Below are positions 40,374 through 55,071 of a DNA stretch of 64,000 bases, piece by piece. Below the pieces are notes generated by a model. That model had not been told where the DNA came from. It worked only from the letters and a program-made list of their open reading frames with translations, and ran no database searches. The translations under genes were made by a program, and so were the position numbers. Numbering within the stretch: the stretch's first letter is position 1; each line of letters opens with the position of its first letter. This DNA is from Candidatus Binatia bacterium (GTDB lineage Bacteria; Desulfobacterota; Binatia; Bin18): assembly GCA_963664395.2 (NCBI GenBank), contig OY761159.2, positions 2,880,001 through 2,944,000 of the forward strand, read 5' to 3'.

Positions 40374-41540
40374 TTAGAGACTCTCCATGCGTGGCAACTC
40401 TTCTTTGAGGAATCGGGCAATCCCGCGAAAAAGTCCTTCCGCTATCGCTTCCCGATAGGCTGAGGAACGCAATAGCCGACCTTGGACGCGGTGCGTCAGA
40501 AATGACACTTCGGCCAATACACACGGCATATTCGCTCCAACTAACACATGGAAAGGCCCTTTTTTTACTCCCAGGTTGCGGGCCTGGGCATGACGTTTGG
40601 CGACCTGAGTCATCATAGAGGCTTGGAGGGTCCGGGCAAGGGTCATCGACTCTTCTGCTTTCCCGGTATGGATGAGATCACTCAAAATAACGGATAATTC
40701 GCTGCCTGCCTGCGCCGTCCGCTTCACGTGCTGCAGACCATTTTCAAGGTTTGCCAGCCGAATAGTGGCCCGATCATTGGTATTGTTCAGATAATAGGTC
40801 TCCACTCCTTGGAGGCGAGGATTTTCACTTGCATTGGCATGGATCGAAATAAAAAGGTCGGCCTTCATCGCATTAGCCTGGGCGGTGCGTTCCGGCAGAG
40901 GAACAAAGACATCCTTCTCCCGCGTATAGAGCACCTGCACTGGGAGGCGGGACTCCAGCTTTTTGCCGAGCCTTTTGCTGATTGCAAGGACCACGGTTTT
41001 CTCCTGGAGACCGCTGGGGGCGATTGCGCCCGGATCACGCCCGCCGTGCCCAGGGTCAAGCATAATTCGATATTGAGGAGGCGCTCGTGATTGCCCGGGG
41101 CGCGCCACGGTTTTCTTCCCCTTGCCTTTGACATCAATAATGAGCCGATACGGAGAGGGGAGCGGGAAAGCGGTATAGCTCTCAATCTGTTCCAAATCGA
41201 GTACGACCCGGGCTGTTGTTGGTGAAAACTGGCCCGTCCGGATGCGTTTGAGCAGGCCGTCATCAACGGGAATCGGCGCACGCATCCGAGGGTCAAGTCG
41301 AGCTGGAGAGAAATCGATGACAATACGGGCCGGCCGATTATGGGCCGGATCAGCCGCAACCTGAAAGTGATGATGGTCTGCTCGGTCCGAGAGGGTAATA
41401 ATAACCCGGGTGTAATCCGGGACGGACGTATGCCGTATGGCTTCGAGAGCAGGTTGGGGCGGGGGGAGAGCAAGGGCTATTTGGGCCACACTCGCCAGAA
41501 GAAATGTAATCAGTCTCCAACACAACACCCCACCACCCAT
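40374..41540 (-). CDS. amiC: N-acetylmuramoyl-L-alanine amidase (AMIN + Amidase_3)
   Basis: LDPGHGGRDPGA, EK, ISIHANA, LAEVSF. Confidence 0.9.
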   Translation of the reverse strand: MGGGVLCWRLITFLLASVAQIALALPPPQPALEAIRHTSVPDYTRVIITLSDRADHHHFQVAADPAHNRPARIVIDFSPARLDPRMRAPIPVDDGLLKRIRTGQFSPTTARVVLDLEQIESYTAFPLPSPYRLIIDVKGKGKKTVARPGQSRAPPQYRIMLDPGHGGRDPGAIAPSGLQEKTVVLAISKRLGKKLESRLPVQVLYTREKDVFVPLPERTAQANAMKADLFISIHANASENPRLQGVETYYLNNTNDRATIRLANLENGLQHVKRTAQAGSELSVILSDLIHTGKAEESMTLARTLQASMMTQVAKRHAQARNLGVKKGPFHVLVGANMPCVLAEVSFLTHRVQGRLLRSSAYREAIAEGLFRGIARFLKEELPRMESL

Positions 41541-41549
41541 AGATAGAGC

Positions 41550-42851
<1,302 letters not shown>

Positions 42852-42857
42852 TCATTG

Positions 42858-44036
42858 CTAGGCGGTTGCCGCCGCGCGTTTGAGTGCCTCTACACGGTCA
42901 ATCTTCTCCCAGGGGAAGAAGCCATTCTCGGCTGGACGCCCGAAATGGCCGTAGGCCGCGGTCTCTCGATAAATAGGACGTTTCAAATCGAGTGTTTGGA
43001 TAATGGCAGCGGGTCGAAGATCGAACTCCTGGCGCACGATCGCTGCCATGCGTTCCTCCGGTACGGCACCGGTGCCGAACGTATCAACATACACGCCGAC
43101 TGGCTCTGCCACTCCGATCGCATAGGCGAGTTGCACTTCGCAGCGTTTGGCTAAATCTGACGCCACCAGATTCTTGGCAATATAGCGCGCCATATATGCT
43201 GCCGAGCGGTCTACCTTGCTGGGGTCTTTGCCCGAAAAAGCGCCGCCGCCATGCCGGCCATAGCCGCCATAGGTGTCTACGATAATTTTCCGGCCGGTGA
43301 GTCCGCAGTCTGCGTACGGGCCGCCATTGACGAAACGCCCGGTAGGATTCACGAGAAACGCCGTCTTGCCATCCAAAAACTCGGGTGGAATGACGCGCTT
43401 CACGACTTCTTCAATAATGGCTTCTCTTATCGTGTCATACGCCGCGTCAGGATCATGTTGGGTTGAGATCAGGACCGTATCGGCCCGCACCGGTTTGCCA
43501 TCTCGGTATTCGACCGTCACCTGCGATTTACCATCCGGTCGCAGGAAGGGCAGTTCTCCTCTTTTCCGTATTGCGGCGAGTTCCTGGACAAGGCGGTGGG
43601 CAGTATAAATGGGAAAAGGCATATAGTCTTTGGTTTCATCGCAGGCAAAGCCAAACATCATGCCCTGGTCGCCAGCTCCTTGTTCTTTGAAGAGGCCTTC
43701 TCCAGCTGTCACCCCTTGCGAAATGTCTGGAGATTGTCGATCGAGCGCGGTCAGGACAGCGCAGGTATTGGCATCAAAACCTAGGGAAGAGTCGGTAAAT
43801 CCAATGTCGCGCACAACCTGTCGGGCGACTTCCATATAACTAATTTGTGCCCGTGTTGTGATTTCGCCGGCAATGACGATCATGCCAGTCTTGACGAGCG
43901 TTTCGCACGCCACACGACTATCCGGGTCTTGTTCGAGTAAGGCGTCAAGGATGCCGTCCGAGATCTGATCACACATTTTGTCCGGATGGCCCTCTGAGAC
44001 TGATTCGGACGTGAATAAATACTCTTTGCCTGTCAT
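42858..44036 (-). CDS. metK: Methionine adenosyltransferase
   Basis: [28 protein letters not shown]. Confidence 0.97.
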   Translation of the reverse strand: MTGKEYLFTSESVSEGHPDKMCDQISDGILDALLEQDPDSRVACETLVKTGMIVIAGEITTRAQISYMEVARQVVRDIGFTDSSLGFDANTCAVLTALDRQSPDISQGVTAGEGLFKEQGAGDQGMMFGFACDETKDYMPFPIYTAHRLVQELAAIRKRGELPFLRPDGKSQVTVEYRDGKPVRADTVLISTQHDPDAAYDTIREAIIEEVVKRVIPPEFLDGKTAFLVNPTGRFVNGGPYADCGLTGRKIIVDTYGGYGRHGGGAFSGKDPSKVDRSAAYMARYIAKNLVASDLAKRCEVQLAYAIGVAEPVGVYVDTFGTGAVPEERMAAIVRQEFDLRPAAIIQTLDLKRPIYRETAAYGHFGRPAENGFFPWEKIDRVEALKRAAATA

Positions 44037-44137
44037 AGTTCCTCTCCTTGGCGTGACGCTGCCTGTCCCCTCAACGGCTGGGCGCATATAATAGAATCCC
44101 CTTCTGAGCGTCAAGGGGCTTTTCACTGATACGACAA

Positions 44138-44413
44138 CTATTCTTCGTAAAAACGATTGGTTACCAGGAGGGTGAGCGCCGAGAGCGCTTCCTCTGCATC
44201 GACGCCCTGAATCTGCAGGTCGAGGACGCTGCCCTGCGGAGCGCCGAGGGTCAGCAGGTCGAGGACGCTACGTCCATTCACCGTTTGTCCTTCCCACATG
44301 ACTGTGACCTCAACCTTGAGATCTTTTACGGCCTTGACGAACGCTGCCGCCGCTCGGGCATGTAAGCCCATTGAGTTGAGGAGCGTGAGCTGCGCTTGGA
44401 GGTGTGGTGTCAT
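44138..44413 (-). CDS. ptsH: HPr-family phosphocarrier
   Basis: GLHARAA (His15) and [12 protein letters not shown] (Ser46). Confidence 0.9.
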   Translation of the reverse strand: MTPHLQAQLTLLNSMGLHARAAAAFVKAVKDLKVEVTVMWEGQTVNGRSVLDLLTLGAPQGSVLDLQIQGVDAEEALSALTLLVTNRFYEE

Positions 44414-44441
44414 AGCGGCACTTGCTGCGTGCTGCTCCACA

Positions 44442-44903
44442 CTAAAGGTTGCTGTCTTCCTCACAGATCAGCTGGTGTAAATCTACTTGGCTACCGCCTT
44501 GGAGCAAGCGTTCTCGAAACGCCTTGTCTTTCAATAATCGAGAGACACGAGCCAGGGCCTTGAGGTGGACGCCAGCAGAGTCTTCCGGAGCAACAAGCAA
44601 AAAGAACAGCCTCGTCAGCCCCCCGTCAAGGGAGCTACAGTCCACCCCGTGTGGACTCAGGCCAAAAACGGCGACCACGTGTTTGAGTCCGGGCAGTTTC
44701 CCATGCGGTATGGCAATGCCTTCACCAATTGCCGTTGTGCCGAGACGTTCACGGTCCAGGAGCACGGCGACTAACTGCTCGGTATCGACACCCGGCGTAT
44801 GCTGGGCGAGGTGTTGGGCCAGCTCGCGTAAGACATCTGTCTTTGTGCTGCCTTGGAGCTGGGGGAGAATGAATTCTTGGCTGAGGATATCAACGACACG
44901 CAT
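44442..44903 (-). CDS. ptsN: PTS IIA(Ntr)-like protein
   Basis: RERLGTTAIGEGIAIPHG and HLKALARVSR; downstream of rpoN. Confidence 0.92.
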   Translation of the reverse strand: MRVVDILSQEFILPQLQGSTKTDVLRELAQHLAQHTPGVDTEQLVAVLLDRERLGTTAIGEGIAIPHGKLPGLKHVVAVFGLSPHGVDCSSLDGGLTRLFFLLVAPEDSAGVHLKALARVSRLLKDKAFRERLLQGGSQVDLHQLICEEDSNL

Positions 44904-44943
44904 TGGAGTAGTCCTTATTGAGGGGGAGCCGGCGGGCTTGCGC

Positions 44944-46404
44944 TTATGAGCGGGCGTACTTCCGCTTTGCCGAGGAGAGAATATTGAGGCCCTCTCTGTA
45001 CTTGGCGACGGTCCGGCGGGCAATCTTGATATGACTGCGGACCAACGCTTGCGCAATGTCTTCATCACTCAGGGGTTTGTGGGGGTCTTCCTGACTAATG
45101 AGGTCTCGAATTTGGGCCTTCACACTTTCTGCCGAAACGTCTTGTCCATATTGACTCTTGAGTCCCGTAGTGAAGAATTTTTTGAGCGGATACAGCCCGC
45201 GTGGCGTGGCAATATACTTCCCCGCAATCGCCCGACTGACCGTTGACTCATGGATGCCGATGTCATCAGCAACATCGCGCAACACAAGCGGGCGCATATG
45301 TGAAACGCCGTAATTCAGAAAATCCTGCTGAAACTTCACCAGACTCTCGGCAACCATGAGTAAGGTACGCTGACGTTGGTGAATGCTCTTAATGAGCCAG
45401 GCTGCGGCACGCAGTTTTTCCTGGACGTACTCTTTTGCCTCGCCGCCTTGTGTCAATAAATGGCGATACGAATTACTCACCTTGAGACGGGGCAGACCCT
45501 CTTCGTTGAGCGTCACAATATACTCATCGCCGATTTTATGGACATGCACATCCGGGGTGACATAGCGAATGTCTCCATCACCGTAATTGCGGCCGGGTTT
45601 GGGTTCAAGAGCAGTGATGAGTTTTATCGCATGCTGGATTTCTTCCTCAGGGACGTTGAGGGCTTTTGCCAGCCGGTCATACCGCCGTCCTTCGAGGGCC
45701 TGCAGATGCTGCCGGACGATCGTTGTGGTCAAACGGAGCAGTGACTCTTCAAGCGCCTCTCTCTCTTGCTGAGGGGCAGTGAGTTGTAACAGGAGACATT
45801 CCTGGAGGTCTCGTGCGCCGACTCCAATCGGATCGCACGACTGGATAATCCCTAAGACCCGTTCGGCCTCCTCGGGACTGACTCCTGCGATAGCTGCGAG
45901 TTCTTCGACACTTGCCTCCAGATAGCCATCAACGTCCAAATTCCCGATGATCAGCGAGGCGAGATGTTCTTCTGTTTCGGTCAAGGTGCGGAAACGCAAC
46001 TGCCAGATGAGATGTTCGGACAGCGACTCTGTGCGGGGCAAACGATCCTCTGGGGCATTTGGGCGTTCCCCATCAGCGTATTCGCTCCCAGTGGGCGGAA
46101 GGGCCGGCAGGTCATTGTGATTATTATAGGTGCTGAGATAGGTCTGCCAGTCAATCTTATCTTTTTCATTGTGGGTGTCTTTTGTGTCAGCCTGAGTTGG
46201 TTCTTCGCCATTGCCGCGGCCGTCGTCAAAAATAGCTTCGTCCTCGGTGACACGCTCAACGACCGGATTCTCAGCCAATTCTTCATCAATGAGGGTATCA
46301 AGCTCTCCCCGTGGCAGTTGCAGAATCTTGATAGCTTGACGCAACTGGGGCGTCATCACCAGTTTCTGGGTTAATTTCTGCGTCAGTCTGATGTCTAATC
46401 CCAT
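44944..46404 (-). CDS. rpoN: RNA polymerase sigma-54
   Basis: MTPQLRQAIKILQL, HESTVSR, RpoN box ARRTVAKYRE. Confidence 0.97.
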   Translation of the reverse strand: MGLDIRLTQKLTQKLVMTPQLRQAIKILQLPRGELDTLIDEELAENPVVERVTEDEAIFDDGRGNGEEPTQADTKDTHNEKDKIDWQTYLSTYNNHNDLPALPPTGSEYADGERPNAPEDRLPRTESLSEHLIWQLRFRTLTETEEHLASLIIGNLDVDGYLEASVEELAAIAGVSPEEAERVLGIIQSCDPIGVGARDLQECLLLQLTAPQQEREALEESLLRLTTTIVRQHLQALEGRRYDRLAKALNVPEEEIQHAIKLITALEPKPGRNYGDGDIRYVTPDVHVHKIGDEYIVTLNEEGLPRLKVSNSYRHLLTQGGEAKEYVQEKLRAAAWLIKSIHQRQRTLLMVAESLVKFQQDFLNYGVSHMRPLVLRDVADDIGIHESTVSRAIAGKYIATPRGLYPLKKFFTTGLKSQYGQDVSAESVKAQIRDLISQEDPHKPLSDEDIAQALVRSHIKIARRTVAKYREGLNILSSAKRKYARS

Positions 46405-46429
46405 AAGACTGCAACCTTGTCTTCAGTGA

Positions 46430-47161
46430 CTAGAGGCGGAAACGCTCTCCCAGGTAGACTTCTCGGGCGCGACTGCTTGCCGTAATTTCCTGTGGCGTTC
46501 CTTCCTCAAACACCCTCCCCTCGCTCAAAATATAGGCGCGATCACAAATGCTCAGCGTCTCTCGAACGTTATGGTCGGTGACGAGAACGCCGATCCCTCG
46601 TTCGCGCAATTGCATAATGATTTCTTGGATATCAACAACCGAAAGCGGGTCGATTCCGGCAAAGGGCTCGTCCAGGAGCATAAAGGCCGGCGACAGAACA
46701 AGCGCACGGGAAATTTCGACGCGCCGGCGTTCTCCTCCGGAGAGCGTATCCGCTCGGTTGGCCGCCAAATGGCTGATCCCTAACTCTGCAAGCAGTTGAG
46801 CCAAGCGTTCCTCGCGTTGCGCTTTGGTCAGCGACGTGGTCTCCAAAATAGCCATCACATTTTCTGCTACAGTCAACTTTCGGAAAACTGACGATTCCTG
46901 GGGCAGATAGGTCACTCCCCGGCGTGCCCGCTTATGCATGGGCAAGGTAGTAATCTCTTCATCATTATAGCGTACTGCACCTTTATCCGGTCGAATAATG
47001 CCGACTATGATCGAGAAGGTCGTGGTTTTTCCCGCCCCGTTGGGACCAAGTAACCCCACCACTTCGCCGCCTTTGACGCACACGCTGACATCACGCAGAA
47101 CAGTGCGTTTCCCATATGTTTTCCACAAGCCTTCGGCTTGAAGGACTGAGGTATCACTCAC
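46430..47161 (-). CDS. lptB: LPS export ABC ATPase
   Basis: GPNGAGKTT, LSGGERRRVEI, DEPFAG, TDHNVRET. Confidence 0.96.
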   Translation of the reverse strand: MSDTSVLQAEGLWKTYGKRTVLRDVSVCVKGGEVVGLLGPNGAGKTTTFSIIVGIIRPDKGAVRYNDEEITTLPMHKRARRGVTYLPQESSVFRKLTVAENVMAILETTSLTKAQREERLAQLLAELGISHLAANRADTLSGGERRRVEISRALVLSPAFMLLDEPFAGIDPLSVVDIQEIIMQLRERGIGVLVTDHNVRETLSICDRAYILSEGRVFEEGTPQEITASSRAREVYLGERFRL

Positions 47162-47217
47162 TCCGCTCTTCTTTCTTGATCGTCTTTCTCATCGGTATGG
47201 CCGGCAGCCTGGGCGGC

Positions 47218-47814
47218 CTAGTCGGGAATAAGCACCATCTGGGCCTGCCGCTTTCCCTTCCCGCCCTTCACAACACTGCGTTTCTCGTCCAGAAAGACCG
47301 TTACGATATCGCCTTTGACTTGGTTGGAGCCCTCTTGAAGAACCGCGTTCCCTCTGAGCGTGACCGTGCGTTTTTCCTCATTAAAAACCGCTTTGCGGCT
47401 CGTTATGCGCCGTTCGCCGGAAGTAATTTCAACATTCCCCTCGGCAACAATACGCTTGAGCCGTTGCCGACCTGTGGGATCCGAGGCTGCCGGGGACGGT
47501 ACGGGATCTTCATACAGCACCGTCAGTACATCGCTCTTTAATGTCATATCACCCTGGGTGACGACAACATTACCGCGATACTGGATGCGCTTTTCCTCAT
47601 AGAAGAACTCGAGGTCATGAGCGCGAATATGAATGGGGTCTTTTCGAGAGGTGAGGGACAGGGAATCCGCAAAAGTAGGGGCTGAATTCTGGGCTGTTGG
47701 GTTGGTCTTGTTTTGTTGGGCGTCTTCGGCTGCCAGCGTCGAGGTGTACAAGAAAAAGATTAGGGCAACAAGAGGAAAGACCACCCAGCCATGCCTCGCA
47801 CGTGTTGGGCGCAT
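47218..47814 (-). CDS. lptA: LPS transport periplasmic protein
   Basis: Signal peptide, GNVVVTQGD, AEGNV; upstream of lptB. Confidence 0.88.
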   Translation of the reverse strand: MRPTRARHGWVVFPLVALIFFLYTSTLAAEDAQQNKTNPTAQNSAPTFADSLSLTSRKDPIHIRAHDLEFFYEEKRIQYRGNVVVTQGDMTLKSDVLTVLYEDPVPSPAASDPTGRQRLKRIVAEGNVEITSGERRITSRKAVFNEEKRTVTLRGNAVLQEGSNQVKGDIVTVFLDEKRSVVKGGKGKRQAQMVLIPD

Positions 47815-48413
47815 TATCCGGCCTCCCGTGCAACCGTCATCTGGACCTCTGTATTCAGTGTCAGTTGTTTGGTATCAACGGCGACGGTATAGCCTTTGCC
47901 TTCAGCCGTAAATCCTTGACCGACAATATGAATCATCCCGTCTGAGGAGATGGTATTCTTCTGGCGGTCATAGGTTGCTTGATCGGTTTTGAGGGCAATA
48001 TCTCCAATCTGGATTTCAAGCTCACCTCGGAGTTCAACGTGGAGTAAGTCTGAGATACCGTCCAGATGAACCGTGCCTTCCTGACAGCGTAACGCGACAG
48101 CTTCGCCATCGCTGAAATAGAGCGACACTTCGGGTGAGTCGATGACAACTTCGTTTTTGTCTGCAAAATAGCGTGCCTGCTGGGCCACAATCTCCCATAC
48201 TTTTTTGCCGTCCTGCATCTTCACTCGTCGGAACTCCGTCATCCGCTGGACCATGTCCTCTTGAGCGCCCTGGGCGGAGAGTTCGTCAGAGAGTTCGTCA
48301 AGGAGTTGCACGGTTTCCGGATCTTTTCCGACCTGAGAGCTGAGATAGACCAGGATAACGATGAGCCCGAGTACCGTAGCACCCAGCATGAAGCGGATTT
48401 GATGACGACTCAT
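47814..48413 (-). CDS. lptC: LPS export protein LptC
   Basis: Single N-terminal TM helix, GKKVWEIVAQQA, beta-rich; upstream of lptA. Confidence 0.82.
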   Translation of the reverse strand: MSRHQIRFMLGATVLGLIVILVYLSSQVGKDPETVQLLDELSDELSAQGAQEDMVQRMTEFRRVKMQDGKKVWEIVAQQARYFADKNEVVIDSPEVSLYFSDGEAVALRCQEGTVHLDGISDLLHVELRGELEIQIGDIALKTDQATYDRQKNTISSDGMIHIVGQGFTAEGKGYTVAVDTKQLTLNTEVQMTVAREAG

Positions 48414-48541
48414 GACAATTTTCCTGTGAACAGCCTATCATCTCTCCTGAACCTAATCAAAGAAGGGCAAGAATCGAGCGCTGAAACGAGCGCTGAAAGG
48501 CAAAATTTGACGAGTGAGGCAAGGCGTGGGCAGGCCAATCG

Positions 48542-51793
<3,252 letters not shown>

Positions 51794-51872
51794 GCTTGGC
51801 AGACCTCGGGACCCGCGGCGGCAAGGCCGCTGGGCCGTCGGGGGGTCACTATACGGGAGAACTCCAACAGCG

Positions 51873-52595
51873 TCAAACCGAACCCGTGGGGGCGGTTGTT
51901 TTTACCCTCCGACACACCGGCCGGAGCGGGCAGTCGGGGCAGCGCGGGACGCGCGCCACACAAATGGTTGCGCCCACATCCATAATGGCTTGATTAAAGA
52001 TATGCGCCTGGCCCTTGGGGGTCACCTGCCGGGCCACCGTCCACAGGAAGCGGGGCGTACGCTGCTGGGGGGTCAGGCCAAAAAACCGCCCCAGGACACG
52101 CGCCGCGTTGGTATCAAGAATGGCGGCATCCTTGTGGAAAGCGAAGCTTGAGACCGCCCCCGCGGTATACGGGCCAACGCCAGGCAATTTCGTCAGATCT
52201 TCCGGATCGCGAGGAAACTTGCCCCTATGCTGGGTGACAATCTGTTGCGTCGCTTTCTGCAGATTGCGGGCCCGAGCGTAGTACCCTAAACCGTCCCAGA
52301 CTTCACGCACTTGGGGCTCTTGCGCTTTCGCCAGGTCCTGAGCCGTCGGATATTTCTGCAAGAATTTCTCGTAATAGAGCAAGGCCCGTTGGACTTGGGT
52401 TTGTTGCAGCATGACCTCAGACACCAAAATCGCATAGGGATCACGTGTCCGTCGCCAGGGAAGATCACGTCCATGCTTTTTATACCAGGCAATAAGGCGG
52501 CGTTGGAACGCCCGGATTGTTGCCGGGTGCGCAATAGGCGTCCGCTGTTCACTCTGCTGCTTTTGGTAGGGCTTGGGTTTTGGCGCGCGCGACAC
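51873..52595 (-). CDS. mutY: A/G-specific adenine glycosylase (short form, no C-terminal MutT-like domain)
   Basis: RDLPWR, SEVMLQQTQV, GLGYYARARNL, LPGVGPYTA, C-x6-C-x2-C-x5-C. Confidence 0.92.
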   Translation of the reverse strand: MSRAPKPKPYQKQQSEQRTPIAHPATIRAFQRRLIAWYKKHGRDLPWRRTRDPYAILVSEVMLQQTQVQRALLYYEKFLQKYPTAQDLAKAQEPQVREVWDGLGYYARARNLQKATQQIVTQHRGKFPRDPEDLTKLPGVGPYTAGAVSSFAFHKDAAILDTNAARVLGRFFGLTPQQRTPRFLWTVARQVTPKGQAHIFNQAIMDVGATICVARVPRCPDCPLRPVCRRVKTTAPTGSV

Positions 52596-52663
52596 TGTGG
52601 GGCTCTTGTGACAGAAACCGGGCGCTTGGGAAAGGGGGGAAAAGAGTCAACGTGCCAACATCT

Positions 52664-52691
52664 GCTGCATAGCTGCATAGCTGCATAGCTG
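52664..52691. repeat. 8-bp tandem repeat x3.5 (GCTGCATA)
   Basis: Read directly in the intergenic region upstream of mutY. Confidence 0.92.
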
Positions 52692-52784
52692 TTGGAGGGC
52701 AGGCTTACTCTTTTTTCATCTTGACTCTGACGGGGAGAGCCACTAAGGTAGCGCGGCGCGTTATACGGAGGAGGCAACGCAGTC

Positions 52785-53054
52785 ATGACGGGCCAGGAAA
52801 ACTTAGAAAAAATGATTGCAAAGATCCTTCATCGCCACTGTGAGTTCGGCTGGGCTCACTACTATATCCCAAGCGAGAAATTCCCCAATTTAGTAGGAGA
52901 GTTACTCAAGGTCTTACAGCCGGCTGACGAAGCGGGGGAAGACGAACTTGTCAAACTTTTCCTTGAGTTGCGGCGGCATACCTCTGAGCAGGACCGCGTC
53001 GGCCAGATTCTCGCCAACTACCGGATTCTGAGACGGGGCGGAGCCTCTTCATAG
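52785..53054 (+). CDS. Hypothetical protein
   Basis: GGAGGAGG RBS upstream; 89-aa ORF. Confidence 0.6.
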   Translation: MTGQENLEKMIAKILHRHCEFGWAHYYIPSEKFPNLVGELLKVLQPADEAGEDELVKLFLELRRHTSEQDRVGQILANYRILRRGGASS

Positions 53055-53203
53055 CGCTGGTTTTCCACTGCGCCGCCGGCTGGCCTTTTCCATGTATTTC
53101 TTTGCTCTTTTCCGTGAGTCTCTTGGAGCAGGAAGCGGTGGCCGGAGGGATTTGACAGCCCACCATCAGACAGATAGTGCCTGTTCGATACCCGAGGTAG
53201 TGC

Positions 53204-55027
53204 ATGAATGAACCACAGCGGACCCGCCAGGTTGTTGTCGGGCTCCTCTTTCTTTGTTTCCTCCTCTATTTTTTAGATCTCGGACGTATCCCTTTTTACA
53301 ATTACGAAGAGTCAAAAGAAGCCCTGATCGTCTGGGAAATGGTGAACGGTGGGGGGTGGATTCTTCCCCTCCGGAACGGAGTCGAACAGCCGCTCAAACC
53401 GCCTCTGTTTCACTGGATTGGCGCCTTTTTCTCTCTGCTCAGCGGACACGTGAGTGAGTTTGCAGTCCGCTTCCCATCCGCCCTGTTTGCCACTGCAACG
53501 ATCCTGGGTACGTTTTTCTTTGGACGCGCTATCTGGAATTGGCGCAGCGGACTCCTGGCTGCCTTGATCTTGGCCACCTCGCCGGAATGGGTGCGTTGGT
53601 CAATCAACGCGCGCAGCGACATGGTGCTGCTTTTCTTCCTCACGGCTACGCAGTTTTTCTTTTTTTGCGCCTTCCAAGAGCGGGCCACGCAACGGCGCAC
53701 GCTGATCCTTTTCTACGGCAGCATCGGTTTTGCCGTCTTGGCCAAAGGACCGCTGGGGCTGCTGCTGCCCATTGTGGTTACAGGAACCTTTCTGTGGTGG
53801 ACCAAGGATCTCGCATTTCTTCGCCGCATGCGTATCGGCCAAGGGATACTGATAGCGGGCTGTATTGCGGCGTCGTGGTACCTGCCGGCCCTCGTACAAG
53901 GCGGCGGAGAGTTTTTCCACCGCCAGATTCTGGATGAGAATGTGTTTCGGTTTTTCGCCAGCGAGCAAGGCGGACCGAGCCGAGAGCACACTCTGCTGTA
54001 TTACTTTCCAACCCTCTTTGTCGGGATGCTGCCCTGGAGCCTTTTCTTTCCCGCGCTGGGGCTTGCACTCTACCGGACACGCGCCACCTGGCAGGAGAAG
54101 AAACGGCTCTATCTCCTGATCTGGGTGGGGGCTGAATTCCTCTTTCTTACCTTCGCTTCCGGGAAACGCAGTAATTACATTTTGCCTCTCTATCCTGCGC
54201 TGGCCTTGCTGCTGGGGACGTGGTGGCAAGAATTGATAGAAGGATCGCGAGCATTATCGCCCGTGATCAAACGAGTCGTCCGAGGCTGCGCGCTTGTTTT
54301 GTGCAGCGTGAGTGCACTCATGCTCATTGTGTTGGTCGCCCATGGGGTCGGCTTTGATCTGGATCATATGGTGTCCCCTTTCCTCCATCCTCGGGATCGT
54401 GCGAATTTGCCCATTATCGCGCAGAGTTTGCAAAGTCAGTTCCCTATCGTCTGTATTTGGATTGGACTGCTCGCCGGGGCAACCGGCTGGTACATCTGGG
54501 GGTTCAGTCAGGACCAATGGATCACGGTCTTTGCCGCGCTGACGGTTGCGATTTCGGCTTCGTTGTATTTTACGAATGCCCTTTTTCATCCCCTCCTGGC
54601 CCAAGAGCGAACGTATAAACCCTTTATGCTCGGCGTTCGTTCCATCGTGCAAGATGCACCGCTGTATTTTTACCAAGACGCCGCCGACTATGGTGCCATT
54701 TTCTACGCTGGACGCCGTATTCCTGATTACCCAGGCTTCAGACGGGGTGGAACGTCGAATGCTGACGCTGCGCAGTATCTGCTCGTCCGCGAGACGGACT
54801 GGCCGGAATTCTCAGAGAGACAGCCTCACTTTGAGCGCCTGGTAACGAGTGAAGGCAAGGGGCCGGACAAGAAACATCGCCTGGTGCTGGCCGCCCTGCT
54901 CTCCCGGCCTGAGCAAAATGAGGCAGCCGGGACAGCCGCGGTCCCGTCCGAATCCGAAGTGAATGGATTGCCTGAAACCTCAGTTGAAACCACGGACGAA
55001 CCCGTGGACGAGAACTCTGCATCGTGA
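53204..55027 (+). CDS. ArnT/GT83-like membrane glycosyltransferase
   Basis: EMVNGGGWILP..KPPLFHW, RFPSA, LAKGP, YILPLYPA; many TM helices. Confidence 0.9.
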   Translation: MNEPQRTRQVVVGLLFLCFLLYFLDLGRIPFYNYEESKEALIVWEMVNGGGWILPLRNGVEQPLKPPLFHWIGAFFSLLSGHVSEFAVRFPSALFATATILGTFFFGRAIWNWRSGLLAALILATSPEWVRWSINARSDMVLLFFLTATQFFFFCAFQERATQRRTLILFYGSIGFAVLAKGPLGLLLPIVVTGTFLWWTKDLAFLRRMRIGQGILIAGCIAASWYLPALVQGGGEFFHRQILDENVFRFFASEQGGPSREHTLLYYFPTLFVGMLPWSLFFPALGLALYRTRATWQEKKRLYLLIWVGAEFLFLTFASGKRSNYILPLYPALALLLGTWWQELIEGSRALSPVIKRVVRGCALVLCSVSALMLIVLVAHGVGFDLDHMVSPFLHPRDRANLPIIAQSLQSQFPIVCIWIGLLAGATGWYIWGFSQDQWITVFAALTVAISASLYFTNALFHPLLAQERTYKPFMLGVRSIVQDAPLYFYQDAADYGAIFYAGRRIPDYPGFRRGGTSNADAAQYLLVRETDWPEFSERQPHFERLVTSEGKGPDKKHRLVLAALLSRPEQNEAAGTAAVPSESEVNGLPETSVETTDEPVDENSAS

Positions 55028-55071
55028 ACATCCGCCCTCTGCGTGTTGTTCGGACTGTCGAGTAGAATCTG

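Noticed and set aside
44040-44135. SAM riboswitch upstream of metK
   Set aside because: Only a short imperfect hairpin is present, with no SAM-I or SAM-II consensus.
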